Assembly (NCBI GenBank): GCA_002269645.1
Contig: NIVC01000398.1
Location: 1-64,000 of the forward strand
Reading direction: 5' to 3'
DNA: 64,000 nt
DNA from: Macrostomum lignano
Taxonomy: Eukaryota
Position 1 is the stretch's first letter. Each line of letters opens with the position of its first letter. Both the position numbers and the translations under genes were made by a program. The notes under the pieces are model-generated. The model searched no databases. It worked only from the letters and a program-made list of their open reading frames with translations, and was not told where the DNA came from. This document shows, piece by piece, positions 22,722 to 34,430 of the stretch.

Positions 22722-22835
22722 ATGTTCAAAGCCAACTGTGAGATGGTCAAGGCTAAACGCAACGCTGCCTGCGCCAGTGGGTGAGTCGCCAATCACCATG
22801 GAAACGGTCTTTGTAGCGACAGTCAAGCTGCCAAA
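22722..22835 (-). CDS. VPS13: VPS13-like exon 16 (absent from the ORF track)
   Basis: FGSLTVATKTVSMVIGDSPTGAGSVAFSLDHLTVGFEH. TTTTCAG| to |GTGAGT, phases 0/0. Confidence 0.8.
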
Positions 22836-22993
22836 CTGAAAATTAGCAATGTCATTTAGGAATTTATTATAACTTCGCAGAACACTGTTGGCAAAATAGT
22901 CGCGCGTGCAACATACTACTAGTAATTAAAATGTCAGTAGTATTTTATATTAACAATCACAACAAATCAGATTAAATCAGTTTAAAGCACATA

Positions 22994-23422
22994 CTAAAAT
23001 AACTAAATGGGCCACTCAGCACATTTGCGTGCAAGCTACTTTCAGTTCAGTAGTAAGTCAAACTAAAGCGTTTTAATGCATTTTTAAAGCCATTTAAACT
23101 CATTTATTGGCTAAAGCCCAAACCGCGCCTTTCCACACTACCCCACCACTCCGCCCGCCCCAATTTTTATTGCCTTTCTCGGAATTCCAGCCTAAAGCTG
23201 CCATGTACAGTTCAGTGGACTGGGCAATGTACATTGTGGCTAAACCAATTAGCAAGTTGTTTACACTTGCAAGCTTTGGCTTCTAAACTTATCAAAGTCA
23301 TTTCAGCTGCCTTTAATTTTATAAAACAGCTTATGTATTCTTCTTTGCTACTGAACTGAAAGTAGAAAGCTGTTTTACTTAGTAAATGTGCCTGCTGCAG
23401 TTGTCCATCTAGATAATTCTAT
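22994..23422 (+). mobile_element. TA-flanked MITE, family copy 2
   Basis: Homologous to 12679-13108 over its length, with the same TIR and TA flanks. Confidence 0.8.
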
Positions 23423-23430
23423 TATGTATC

Positions 23431-23531
23431 AGATTAAACATGCCTTTTGAGGGAGTTATTTGTATAAATCACGAGGGCCTGAGGCCCGAGGGATTTATGA
23501 AAATAACTCCCGAAAAAGGCATGTGTAATCT
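23431..23531. repeat. About 100-bp imperfect palindrome (hairpin-type mini element)
   Basis: AGATTAAACATGCCTTTTGAGGGAGTTATTTGTATAAATC pairs with GATTTATGAAAATAACTCCCGAAAAAGGCATGTGTAATCT around a GGCCTGAGGCC centre. Confidence 0.85.
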
Positions 23532-23839
23532 CGTATAAACCATAGACATTAAGACTTTGCGGGATATTATTGAATATTACCAAATAAAATCCCGGAGAAC
23601 GCAAATATTGTCACGGAAAGTCTTTATTTCTATGGATTATCTGTGGTTTATGGTAAAAAGATTTACACTACACTCAACAAGAGTTTTTATTAGTCTTCAA
23701 TACTCAGTAGGCATGCAAAATTATAGAAAGAAACATTCAACACCATTAACACGGTGTGGGTATTGAGTAGATAAATTTGACTAGCGCCAAACAAGCAGAG
23801 CTTGAGTTTTGTAATTAGCATATTTCTATCTATCATTAC

Positions 23840-23874
23840 CATCTTAGATGAGGCTGGAGACGCTGAGGTGGTGG
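23840..23874 (-). CDS. VPS13: VPS13-like exon 15 (35-bp micro-exon, tentative)
   Basis: TTGCAG|CC..ATG|GTAATG supplies the phase 1-to-0 link needed between exons 14 and 16. Confidence 0.5.
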
Positions 23875-24134
23875 CTGCAATATTGGCGACTCGTGTTGTA
23901 AAAAAACTTGGCAGAGAAATGAAAATATTTAAAAAATAAGACAAAAAACAGAATAACTACTCATATTAAGGCAAGTGTGCGTGCAATTTTGTTTTAATAA
24001 TAACTAATCTACATTGAATTACTTTTTCAAACTCATTTAAACTACTTTAAGTAGTTTGATTTCTTTTAAAATAATAATTCAAGGCAAAAGCTTGGACAAA
24101 TAAAGAATCATTAAAATAGCAACTGCTCTCTCAC

Positions 24135-24288
24135 CAGCGGTCTGTTGAGGCCTTAGCAACGGTTGCCAAGTGTTGACAATGGAAACAGCGCTACTCACAG
24201 CGGAAGGAGCAATTCGAATATTGAGTCGTGATTTGAAGATCAAAGTAGGAGCAGGCAGCGATAGACAAATAGTCTCGGTGCTGAGCAG
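24135..24288 (-). CDS. VPS13: VPS13-like exon 14
   Basis: LLSTETICLSLP...NTWQPLLRP, similar to the VPS13 WEPLIEP motif. CGCAG| to |GTGAGA, phases 0/1. Confidence 0.8.
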
Positions 24289-24359
24289 CTGCGAGTGTTG
24301 GGGCAACAGGTTCAACAGGTAAACAAAATATTTTCATTGTCCGAACAAAATCTCACAGT

Positions 24360-24640
24360 TCGGCATCAAAATCTCACCGCAAGACTGCATTTCGATCAAA
24401 ATCTCACCGCAAGACTGCATTTCGATCAAAATCTCACCCTAGATTCCAATCTGGGATAGAATTCTCACCCTGTGATTAAAACCTCACCCTTTGATCAAAA
24501 TCTCACTCTATAATTAAAATCTCATTATGTGATCAAAATCTCACCCTGTGATCAAAATCTCATTATATGTTCTAAATCTCACTCTAAGCGCAAAATCTTA
24601 CCATGTGATCGAAATCTCACAACTAGATCACAGTTAAGGA
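24360..24640. repeat. Degenerate tandem repeat with an ATCAAAATCTCAC core
   Basis: Recurring motif at roughly 24-34 bp spacing. Confidence 0.75.
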
Positions 24641-24725
24641 TAAAAATTTCACCCACATCCCCAGTAAAAATCTAGCCAATGGGGAACTTTGCAAGCTAAC
24701 AAACTGTCGACCTTCAAACGCTCAC

Positions 24726-25021
24726 CTCAATACCATCAGCAATCGCAGAATCCTGAAGTGTCATTGGCTTCCGCAAGACATCATTATAAAAGGTCAAACA
24801 AAGATCAGTCAATTCTGTCTCGCTAAATGAGCCGTTGAAACCGCCAAGTTGAAAGCAAAATGCGTTGCCGCCGCCGCTAGCAGTTTGGTTGCCATGGTTA
24901 CTATTTGGCTGGGGGCGGGCATTTTGAAAAATTTGCACACGCAACGCCGAAGTTTCAACGCTCAGCGCGGGCGAAAATCGCTGCTCTGGCGAGGCTGCCG
25001 CGGCTGCGACCGACGATGGCT
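24726..25021 (-). CDS. VPS13: VPS13-like exon 13
   Basis: PSSVAAAA..LSVETSALRVQIF..FCFQLGGFNGSF..LTFYNDVL. TCTCCAG| to |GTGAGC, phases 1/0. Confidence 0.8.
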
Positions 25022-25132
25022 CTGGAGAAAAGAATAGAAAAAATACTACTCTTACTACTCAATAAAAGTTTCTCAGTAGACATGCGGAGAAAATAGCTGT
25101 ATCCTTGCTATAAGCAAAGAAAAAAATGAAAA

Positions 25133-25396
25133 AAGACAGACAGACTAACAGACAGAAAGACAGGACAGACAGACAGACAGACAGACAGACAGATAAGACA
25201 GATAAGACAGACAGACAGGACAGACAGACAGACAGGACAGACAGACAGACAGATAAGACAGACAGACAGACAGATAAGACAGATAAGACAGACAGACAGG
25301 ACAGACAGACAGACAGACAGACAGGACAGACAGACAGACAGACAGATAAGACAGACAGACAGACAGATAAGACAGATAAGACAGACAGACAGACAC

Positions 25397-25438
<42 letters not shown>

Positions 25439-25460
25439 GGACAGGCTACAGGCAGACAGA
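25133..25460. repeat. (GACA)n/(GATAA) microsatellite
   Basis: Direct reading. Confidence 0.95.
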
Positions 25461-25466
25461 ACCTAC

Positions 25467-25681
25467 CAGTTTCCCGAGGCTTGGCTTGGTTGCTAGGCGC
25501 GGGCTGACCCTGAGCAGCCATCGTTGCCATGCAGTCGCTAAGCAGAGGCAGCTCATCAGGCCACAGCCGCAATTGGCAGGCTGCCAACCTGACTGTCAGC
25601 GAGCGAGGCAAACTGCGAATCGATAATAGATCGGTAGGTTCGGAGTTCGAGTCCGACTTCGAGACGCTGCGACTGAAGATG
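25467..25681 (-). CDS. VPS13: VPS13-like exon 12
   Basis: IFSRSVSK..LTVRLAACQLRLWPDELPLLSDCMA. TTCCAG| to |GTAGGT, phases 2/1. A micro-exon near 25741-25767 is possible. Confidence 0.8.
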
Positions 25682-25804
25682 CTGGAAGATGCGAAAAAAG
25701 ATAATGGCACTGTTGGGGAGTACACGCGTACTTTTCGCTTACGTGTACAGGTAGGTAGTCAGGACTAATCTGGCTTCAGCTTCGGTCATCCGCTTAAACG
25801 CAGT

Positions 25805-26205
25805 CTAGATACCTCTCAGATACAATCTAGATACCCTCAGATGCAATCTAGATACCCTCAGATGCAATCTAGATACCCTCCCAGGTGCAATCTAGATACC
25901 CTCCCAGGTGCAATCTAGATACCCTCCCAGGTGCAATCTAGATACCCTAAGATACGATCTAGATACCCTCCCAGGTAAAATCTAGATACCCTCAGGTGCA
26001 ATCTCGATACCCTCTCAGATTCAATCTCGATACCCTCTCAGATACAATCTAGATACCCTCAGATGCAATCTAGATACCCTCAGATGCAATCTCGATACCC
26101 TCAGTTGCAATCTTGATACCTTAGATGCAATCTAGATACACTTAGATGCAATCTAGATACCCTCAGATGCAATCTAGATACCCTCAGATGCAATCTAGAT
26201 ACCCA
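25805..26205. repeat. 21-23-bp minisatellite (GATGCAATCTAGATACCCTCA)n
   Basis: Tandem periodicity. Confidence 0.9.
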
Positions 26206-26227
26206 CTCAAAACTAGCCAAGCCTCAC

Positions 26228-27081
26228 CTCCATCTGTCCAGCGGCTCTCTCTGGACGTCGCCCTCGCCCTCGCCCTCGCTCTCGTCATGCGCCACGGCCT
26301 CAACGCCGGCGTCAGCCAGCCGAAGCTGCCAGATCGTTGACGGTCGTTGCCGACGCAGCACCAAGCCGACGGAGCAGGCTCCCAAGGACAGGTCGTAGGC
26401 CCACCTGGTGCCCGCAGGCTGGCCCAGCTGATCAACTCCATCAACGGAATCCTCGCCGCTCTCGGCGATCTCCGACGCCGCTAGCGAAGCAATCGACAGC
26501 AAATCGGATCGATTGGCTACAAGCCTTAGTCCGGGCGTTTCCATGGCAACAGCCAGCCAAGTTTGGCAACAATGCTCGTCAGAAATGGTGGCATCCGAGC
26601 ACCGCAGCCTGGCAATCTGAGCAGTGAGCACCGGCTGCTCATTACCGATTTTATTACCGTCGCTCTCGCCGTAAAACCGAAGCAGTCTCGAACTATTTCC
26701 GAGTTGGTTGCTACCCTGCCCGGCAACCACAAGATCGCCAACGCGGCTGCCCGCGGCCAGCTGACAGACCGAGGCCGACAAGCCAGAGATTCGAACCCGC
26801 AACTCATCAGCCAGTAGAGCCATGTCGGATAATGACGTCATCACCGCATCCTCTGAGGTGAGCAGCTCCTTCAAAGCCGGCCGACTGTAGCCGAACTCGT
26901 AGAATTGCACGGCATCAGTTGTGTCATCGGGATTTGACTGAGCAGAGGAGCTGGTGCTGCTCAACAACAGGCTGCCCAAGTCTGTGTACAGGGCGCGGTT
27001 TCCGGCGCCGCCACGGAGCGGCAGGATGAGTCGAGGCGCGCTGATCTCAGCCCGGGCTGTCAGGCCGCCGGCTTGGCGAAT
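26228..27081 (-). CDS. VPS13: VPS13-like exon 11
   Basis: LTARAEISAPRLILPL..ALYTDLGSLLLSS, a typical VPS13 repeat motif. GCCAG| to |GTGAGG, phases 0/2. Confidence 0.9.
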
Positions 27082-27158
27082 CTGGCAGGTTTTGAAAATT
27101 CAACAAAAAATTCATCGACATACTGTATCTGAGGAAAAAATTATTTTTATAAACTGAC

Positions 27159-27251
27159 CTCAGTCTGGGCCGATTCAAGTACGTCGCCAGCTTGCCAGTT
27201 TAAGCGAGATTGTAGCTGCTCCAGCGGCTCTTGAATTGAAGTGCTGAACTC
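27159..27251 (-). CDS. VPS13: VPS13-like exon 10 (93 bp, absent from the ORF track)
   Basis: EFSTSIQEPLEQLQSRLNWQAGDVLESAQTE. CCCAG| to |GTCAGT, phases 0/0. Confidence 0.75.
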
Positions 27252-27299
27252 CTGGGATTTTTTTAATGGCTGGATGTTCACGTATTAAATAATTTTAAA

Positions 27300-28095
27300 G
27301 TGGGTCATCTAGGGTCTCGACGGTAGGAAGGCCACTCAAGTTCATTTAAGGTCGGTCACGGGGTTGCATGCTCATTCAAGGTCATCTAGGGTCGCTAGAG
27401 TTGAATGATATTTCAAGGTCATTTAGGTTCAAGAAGGTTAGATTGCCAGTCAAGGTCATTGAAGGTCAAAAGGGTTATTCGCCAATATTCAAGGATAATG
27501 ATAATAGATTATCATTAAGGGTATCTAAGGTCACGAGGGTTAAATACTCATTCAAGGTCAGCTAAGGACACGGGGGTTACATCGTCATTTAAGGTCCTCT
27601 AGGGTCACGAGGGTTGAATGGTAAATGGTTATTCAAGGTCATCTAGAATCGCGAGGGTTCGATGATCATTTTAGGTCATCTAGGATCACGAGGGTTGGGT
27701 GGTCATTTAAGGTTATCTAGGGTCGCGAGGGTTGGATGGTCATTCAAGGTCATTTAGGGTCGCGTGGGTTGGGTGGTCATTCAAGGTCATCTAGTGTTGC
27801 AAGGGTTGGATGGTCATTCAAGGCCATCTAGGGTCGCGAGGGTTGGATGGTCATTCAGGGTCATCTGGGGTCGCGAGGGTTGGATGGTCATTCAAGGCCA
27901 TCTAGGGTCGCGAGGGTTGGATGGTCATTCAAGGTCATTTAGGGTCGCGAGGGTTGGATGGTCATTCAGGGTCATCTGGGGTCGCGAGGGTTGGATGGTC
28001 ATTCAAGGCCATCTAGGGTCGCGAGGGTTGGATGGTCATTCAAGGTCATTTAGGGTCGCGAGGGTTGGGTGGTCATTCAAGGTCATCTAGGGACG
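27300..28095. repeat. 37-bp minisatellite (GGTCATTCAAGGTCATCTAGGGTCGCGAGGGTTGGAT)n, degenerate at the left
   Basis: Tandem periodicity. Confidence 0.9.
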
Positions 28096-28177
28096 CGAAT
28101 GCTGTTGATTAAAGACATAAAGTTTTGTTTAACAAGCTCAGGTGAACCAGGTTCATAATAGTAGGCATATTAATTAC

Positions 28178-28642
28178 CTTCAGCCCAGCCATCAGCTCGG
28201 GCAAAAGTACAAGCTGCACTTTATTCAATTTGCAGTCAATATCCAATCGGCTTGGGCCGGGACCAGCTGGCCAACTGGTAATCCGAATTCTGGCCACAGG
28301 CTCGTCAGGCAAATCGGCTAATAACGGCTTGGCGTACAGTCGACGCCTTTGCCGATTGGGCACCAGACAGGATCGGCCAGTGTCCGCTTCTAAACCGGTG
28401 CACTCCAGCTGTAGTTCGCGTTTCAGCCGGTACTCCGTCATAGCACCACCAGTCGATGCCGGCCGCTCGTAGGTGGCCGAAGCTTCGATGCGCAGCTCGG
28501 ACAGCCGGCACACGCACAGGATCTGGTGTTCGGCGGAGGCCAAATCCAGCCTGGCATTGGTGAGCCGCAGCTCCAGGCTGACTGGAGGCGGCGGCGACTG
28601 GCGAATGCGGCGGTGCGGCCGCGCCGGGCCGTCTTGGGAATG
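28178..28642 (-). CDS. VPS13: VPS13-like exon 9
   Basis: VSLELRLTNARLDL...LDIDCKLNKVQLVLLPELMAGLK. GCAG| to |GTAATT, phases 0/0. Confidence 0.85.
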
Positions 28643-28699
28643 CTGCGGCTGATTGATGGGTGGGGATGGTACTCAAGAGTAGCAGGCAATAATAGGGGT

Positions 28700-30600
28700 T
28701 GTGTCCTAGCATCTGTCCTAGTGTCTGTCCCAGTGTCTGTCCCAGTGTCTGTCCCAGTGTCTGTCCCAGTGTCTGTCCCAGTGTCTGTCCTAGTGTCTGT
28801 CATAGTGTCTCTCTTAGTGTCTGTCCCAGTGTCTGTCCTAGTTTCTGTCTTAGTGTCTGTCCTAGTGTCTGTCCCAGTGTCTGTCCTAGTGTCTGTCTTA
28901 GTGTCTGTCCCAGTGTCTGTCCTAGTGTCTGTCCTAGTGTCTGTCCCAGTGTCTGTCCTAGTGTCTGTCCTAGTGTCTGTCCTAGTGTCTGTCTTGGTGT
29001 CTGTCCCAGTGTCTGTCCTAGTGTCTGTCCTAGTGTTTGTCCTAGTGTCTGTATTAGTGTCTGTCCTAGTGTCTGTCATAGTGTCTGTCTTAAGTGTCTG
29101 TCATAGTGTCTGTCCTAGTGTCTGTCATAGTGTCTGTCATAGTGTCTGTCTTAAGTGTCTGTCCTAGTGTCTGTCCTAGTGTCTGTCCTAGTGTCTGTAT
29201 GCCTGTCTTAGTGTCTGTCCCAGTGTCAGTCCCAGTGTCTGTCCCAGTGTCTGTCTTACTGTCTGTCCCAGTATCTGTCTTAGTGTCTGTCCTAGTGTCT
29301 GTCCTAGCGTCTGTTTTAGTGCCTGTCTTAGTGTCTGTCCTAGTGTCTGTCCTAGTGTCTGTCGTAGTGTCTGTCCCAGTGTCTGTATGCCTGTCTTAGT
29401 GTCTGTCCCAGTGTCTGTCCTACCGTCTGTTTTAGTGTCTGTCTTAGTGTCTGTCCTAGTGTCTGTCCTAGTGTCTGTCGTAGTGTCTGTATGCCTGTCT
29501 TAGTGTCTGTCCTAGTGTCTGTATGCCTGTCTTAGTGTCTGTCCCAGTGTCTGTCCCAGTGTCTGTCCCAGTGTCTGTCCATGTGTCTGTCTTAGTGTCT
29601 GTCCCAGTGTCTGGCCCAGTGTCTGTCCTAGCGTCTGTTTTAGTGTCTGTCTTAGTGTCTGTCCCAGTGTCTGTCCCAGTGTCTGTCCTAGTGTCTGTCC
29701 CAGTGTCTGTCCCAGTGTCTGTCCCAGTGTCTGTCCCAGTGTCTGTCCCAGTGTCTGTCCTAGTGTCTGTCCCAGTGTCTGTCCTAGCGTCTGCTTTAGT
29801 GTCTGTCTTAGTGTCTGTCCCAGTGTCTGTCCTAGTGTCTGTCCCAGTGTCTGTCCCAGTGTCTGTTCTACCGTCTGTTTTAGTGTCTGTCTTAGTGTCT
29901 GTCCCAGTGTCTGTCCCAGGGTCTGCCCAGTGTCTGTCTTAGTGTCTGTCCCAGTATCTGTCTTAGTGTCTGTCCCAGTGTCTGTCCTAGTGTCTGTCCC
30001 AGTGTCTGTCCCAGTGTCTGTCCCAGTGTCTGTCCTACCGTCTGTTTTAGTGTCTGTCTTAGTGTCTGTCCCAGTGTCTGTCCCAGGGTCTGTCTCAGTG
30101 TCTGTCCCAGTGTCTGTCCTAGCGTCTGTTTTAGTGTCTGTCTTAGTGTCTGTCCCAGTGTCTGTCCCAGTGTCTGTCCCAGTGTCTGTCCCAGGGTCTG
30201 TCCCAGTGTCTGTCTTAGTGTCTGTCCCAGTGTCTGTCCCAGTGTCTGTCCCAGTGTCTGTCCCAGTGTCTGTCCTAGTGTCTGTCCCAGTGTCTGTCCT
30301 AGCGTCTGTTTTAGTGTCTGTCTTAGTGTCTGTCCTAGTGTCTGTCGTAGTGTCTGTATGCCTGTCTAAGTGTCTGTCCTAGTGTCTGTATGCCTGTCTT
30401 AGTGTCTGTCCCAGTGTCTGTGCTAGTGTCTGTCCCAGTGTCTGTCCCAGTGTCTGTCCCAGTGTCTGTCCCAGTGTCTGTCCTAGTGTCTGTCCCAGTG
30501 TCTGTCCTAGCGTCTGTTTTAGTGTCCGTCTTAGTGTCTGTCCCAGTGTCTGTCCCAGTGTCTGTCCCAGTGTCTGTCCTAGTGTATCAATGTGTCTGTC
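28700..30600. repeat. 12-bp minisatellite (GTGTCTGTCCYA)n, about 150 copies
   Basis: Tandem periodicity. Confidence 0.97.
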
Positions 30601-30629
30601 TGTCAGTCAGTCAGCAGAGCAGAACTCAC

Positions 30630-31001
30630 GGCAAGCACAGGCGGCGGCAGTGGCAGGTCGGCAAGCCGGTTGCACACGTCTTCGGCCAGGTGCAGACAGC
30701 CAGCCAGACAGTCGGGCTGCAGACAGGCTCCCAGAGCGTCCAGTTGAGTTTCCGCCGACATTCGTTCGGGCGACACCACGGCCGACAGGCTGAGAAAACC
30801 GAAATCTTCGCCCGGGATTTTATAGGGCACCCGCTTCGGACGCTTTACAATTTTTGCGCCTTGTGTCTCAAATCCCGAATCGGCAACTTCGACCGCATCG
30901 AGCTGGCTGCTAAGCAGGCGAAGAGGTCGACTGCAATCCAGCTTGGAGCCCGCGCCCACCGGCTGCGGGTGAGCCAAATCCTGGTGGGATGCGGAGGGTG
31001 T
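30630..31001 (-). CDS. VPS13: VPS13-like exon 8
   Basis: ...LRLLSSQLDAVEVAD...LDALGACLQPDCLAGCL. CTCAG| (alternative acceptor about 30980) to |GTGAGT, phases 0/0. Confidence 0.8.
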
Positions 31002-31002
31002 C

Positions 31003-31240
31003 TGAGGATTACAGCAGGTGAATCATGAGGATTACAGCAGGTGAATCATGAGGATTACAGCAGGTGAATCATGAGGATTACAGCAGGTGAATCATGAGGA
31101 TTACAGCAGGTGAATCATGAGGATTACAGCAGGTGAATCATGAGGATTACAGCAGGTGAATATTGAGGATTACAGCAGGTGAATATTGAGGATTACAGCA
31201 GGTGAATATTGAGGATTACAGCAGGTGAATATTAAGGATT
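31003..31240. repeat. 23-bp minisatellite (GAGGATTACAGCAGGTGAATCAT)n filling almost a whole intron
   Basis: Tandem periodicity. Confidence 0.95.
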
Positions 31241-31269
31241 TACAAAAATGTTTGAGATTCTAGTCTCAC

Positions 31270-31606
31270 CTCAACCGACAGCAAGTCCACAAACAGTCTG
31301 GCCTCAAGCCAGTTAGGCTGTTTCACCGCATTCAATCGCAGCCTTTCAATCAGAGCCTTCAACTTCGTGGTCTCCATGGTAACAACCAACTTGTTAACTA
31401 CCGCGTAAGCCTGCCATTTTAGCGGGCTCTCAATCTTGTTGGGATTTTCTTGCTCATGCTGTTTGGAGAAATTCGGCAGAACAGAAGGCACGCCCAGCAG
31501 ACTGGTTAGAGATGGCCCGCTCCACTTGGCTGCCCCGGCAACGGTTGCTAGGGCCTCAGGACTCAGCCGTAGTTGAACTATTTGGGTTTTGAAGACTAAC
31601 GACATT
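31270..31606 (-). CDS. VPS13: VPS13-like exon 7
   Basis: MSLVFKTQIVQLRLSPEALATV...LEARLFVDLLSVE. CGCAG| to |GTGAGA, phases 2/0. Confidence 0.85.
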
Positions 31607-31694
31607 CTGCGGAATAGTTTAGTAAATTAGTAGACACCGTTAGATTGATATAACTAAAGGTCTAACATTAAAAACCGTTCTAATCCAATTACCC

Positions 31695-32400
31695 TATTAT
31701 AAGCTACCAATACCAATTATAAGCTACCAATGCCCCAATTATAAGCTACCAATACCAATTATAAGCTACCAATACTCAATTATAAGCTACCAATGCCTAA
31801 TTATAAGCTACCAATGCCCAATTATAAGCTACCAATGCCCAATTATAAGCTACCAATACCAATTATAGGCTACCAATGCCCAATTATAAGCTACCAATGC
31901 CCAATTATAAGCTACCAATGCCCAATTATAAGCTACCAATGCCCAATTATAAGCTACCAATGCCCAATTATAAGCTACCAATGCCCAATTATAAGCTACC
32001 AATGCCCAATTATAAGCTACCAATGCCCAATTATAAGCTACCAATGCCCAATTATAAGCTACCAATGCCCAATTATAAGCTACCAATACAAAATCATAAG
32101 CTACCAATACCAATTATAAGCTACCAATACTCAATTATAAGCTACCAATACTCAATTATAAGCTACCAATACTCAATTATAAGCTACCAGTACTCAATTA
32201 TAAGCTACCAGTACTCAATTATAAGCTACCAATACTCAATTATAAGCTACCAATACTCAATTATAAGCTACCAGTACTCAATTATAAGCTACCAATACTC
32301 AATTATAAGCTACCAATACTCAATTATAAGCTACCAGTACTCAATTATAAGCTACCAATACTCAATTATAAGCTACCAGTACTCAATTATAAGCTACCAA
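31695..32400. repeat. 21-bp minisatellite (AATTATAAGCTACCAATGCCC / ..ATACTC)n
   Basis: Tandem periodicity with two variant blocks. Confidence 0.95.
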
Positions 32401-32442
32401 TATCTCTATAATAAGATACCAAAATCGCATCTCACTACTCAC

Positions 32443-32933
32443 TTTGGCAAATCCATAGGCGCATTAACGCCAAAACCGCAGGCGATTGCGGCATCAACAA
32501 TGGGCTTATCGATGCACTGATTGGCAACAATTCTCAGCCTAAGCGTCAGTTGGTGCACTGAGTTGGGCGCAGTTTCAGGCGCCAGGCACAACTGTCTGAG
32601 ATGCTCATCAACCAGATTGGACTCTGCAGGGCCGGTCTTCAGCCACAGCAGTTCCACCTCGTCCATCAGGCAGGTGAGCCCCCGGTCCGACGACAGAGGT
32701 CCGGTGGGCAGGTGAAACGACAAGCCGTCCAGGTGGCCGCGGAATCGGTGCCGATCTTTTTCGGCAGTGCCGCCAGATCGACCAGCGCCGTTGCGACCGA
32801 CGCCGCGACGTGTGAGAAAGCGCAGAGTTTTGAGCAGCTCCTCGTCAAGTTCCGGCTCAGCTTCCTCGGCCTCATCGGCGGCCGAGGATGAGGATGACAC
32901 TTGGAAAAAGTTGGCTAGGCGATTTGCCGTGGA
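32443..32933 (-). CDS. VPS13: VPS13-like exon 6
   Basis: STANRLANFF...FRGHLDGLSFHLP..LTCLMDEVELLWL. AACAG| to |GTGAGT, phases 0/2. Confidence 0.85.
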
Positions 32934-33024
32934 CTGTTGGGTATTGATGGAGGGGTAGAGGGTGCGTGTAAAAATCAAGGCGTCAGCCGGCCGGCCTCTC
33001 TGCGACGGAGAGGCGACTGTTGCG

Positions 33025-34040
33025 CGTCACATGAGTTATAGAATTGTAAAAGAGCCGCGAAAAAAGTCCTCCTAATAATCGTTGTGTTGGCGCTTAACTT
33101 TCTACTAACTTAGTAGGCTTAATAAGAGTTCAATAGGCTACACCACAGGTACTAGAATAACTAGATGGGCACTCACGCATATATACTCAGTATAACAGCT
33201 TTCTACCTACTTTCAGTTCAGTAGCAAAGAAGAATACATAAGCTGTTTTATAAAATTCAAGGCAGCTGAAATCACTTTGATAAATTTAGAAGCCCAAACT
33301 TCCAGGCGTAAACACCTTGCTATTTGGTTCAGCAGAAATGTACATTGGCCAGTCCACTGAAATGTACATGGCAGCTTTAGGCTGGAATTCCGAGAAAGGC
33401 AATAAAAATTGGGGCGATGCGGGGGGGGGGTAGTGTGGTAGGCGCGGTTGGAGGGTTTAAGCTGGAGATAAGAGGCAATAAATGAGCCTTGGCTTGGCTT
33501 TAAAAATAAATTAAAATGCTTCTGTTTAACTTACTACTGAACTGAAAGTAGCTTACATGCAAATGTGCTGAGTGGCCCATCTAGTTGATGATGGAATCCA
33601 GTGTTTCTACAGCGCCTCTAGCACGCCTCAAATACGACTCTCTCAGTCGCAGACAATAAAACGCTTCAATGTGATCCTTCGGCGACTTTTTGACGACTCT
33701 GAGTCGTCTAGAGTTACTTCTCTCTTATCATACTTGTTACCTGCAACGACTCTGAAAACTGGCCCCTGAGCATGCACACACGATTAAAACGGTACCTAGG
33801 GCTAAGAAGCGTCACATACTACTTGCGTTGCCCCAAAGTTGTTTCAGATTCGTTGCAGGTTGCAGAGTTGTAACTGAGGCGTTCCAGAGCCGCTGTAAAA
33901 TCGCTGAGTTGCGTCCAAAGCGCACCAGTGTCACTCTATGAATTTTAGAATTGCATTTCGCATTTAGTAGAAAGTTAAGCGCTAACACAACGACTGGTGG
34001 ACGACTTTTTCGCAGCTATTTTATGGTTTTGCAACTTAGG
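33025..34040. mobile_element. Degenerate inverted-repeat element hosting MITE copy 3
   Basis: GTCGTTGTGTTRGCGCTTAACTTTCTACTAA at about 33085-33108 is inverted at about 33962-33992. A related sequence lies at 58070-58290. Confidence 0.55.
33152..33590 (-). mobile_element. TA-flanked MITE, family copy 3 (inverted)
   Basis: Reverse-complement homology to copies 1 and 2. Confidence 0.8.
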
Positions 34041-34243
34041 TGATCCGCTCTCAATACAGTCGTTTGAGTTGTCAAAAAAACAAGAGTTACCCATCGTACA
34101 TCGTATAGAGACATCGGCTCTAACTTTCCCTAATATCTCACACTTTGCATATCATATTATTGTACACGACTAGCCCCATGCCCAATTGTTGTGTACAAGC
34201 CCGCCCAATTCCGGAAATTAGAGATTTTTGCATTAAAACTCAC

Positions 34244-34430
34244 AACGCAATGCACAATGCGACAGGCTCCAATATCCAGGATGTAGGGCGATTTGTCTGG
34301 TCGGCAGAGTTTAACAAATTTTGACTGGCCGTTTGGCAGCTTGGTGTGACAACAGCGGCAGGCCTCTGTGGCAACCAGCTGCCTGCCATCGTAGCCGAGT
34401 GCCGACAGGGAGCCTAGCGAAGCTTTCAGG
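34244..34430 (-). CDS. VPS13: VPS13-like exon 5
   Basis: [15 protein letters not shown]...[20 protein letters not shown]| to |GTGAGT, phases 2/0. Confidence 0.8.

Noticed and set aside
26337-26817. Plus-strand ORFs over VPS13 exons (also 18499, 19367, 21314, 28230, 30590, 32521-32958)
   Set aside because: They are shadow frames of GC-rich coding exons with no recognisable domains.
28438-30600. Long ORFs in tandem arrays (also 2048-2902, 13393-14171, 14175-15189, 31793-32520, 43772-44836, 53349-54794, 56588-57561, 62161-63606)
   Set aside because: They are translations of stop-free repeat units, open in several frames and strands, and lie in introns or intergenic DNA.
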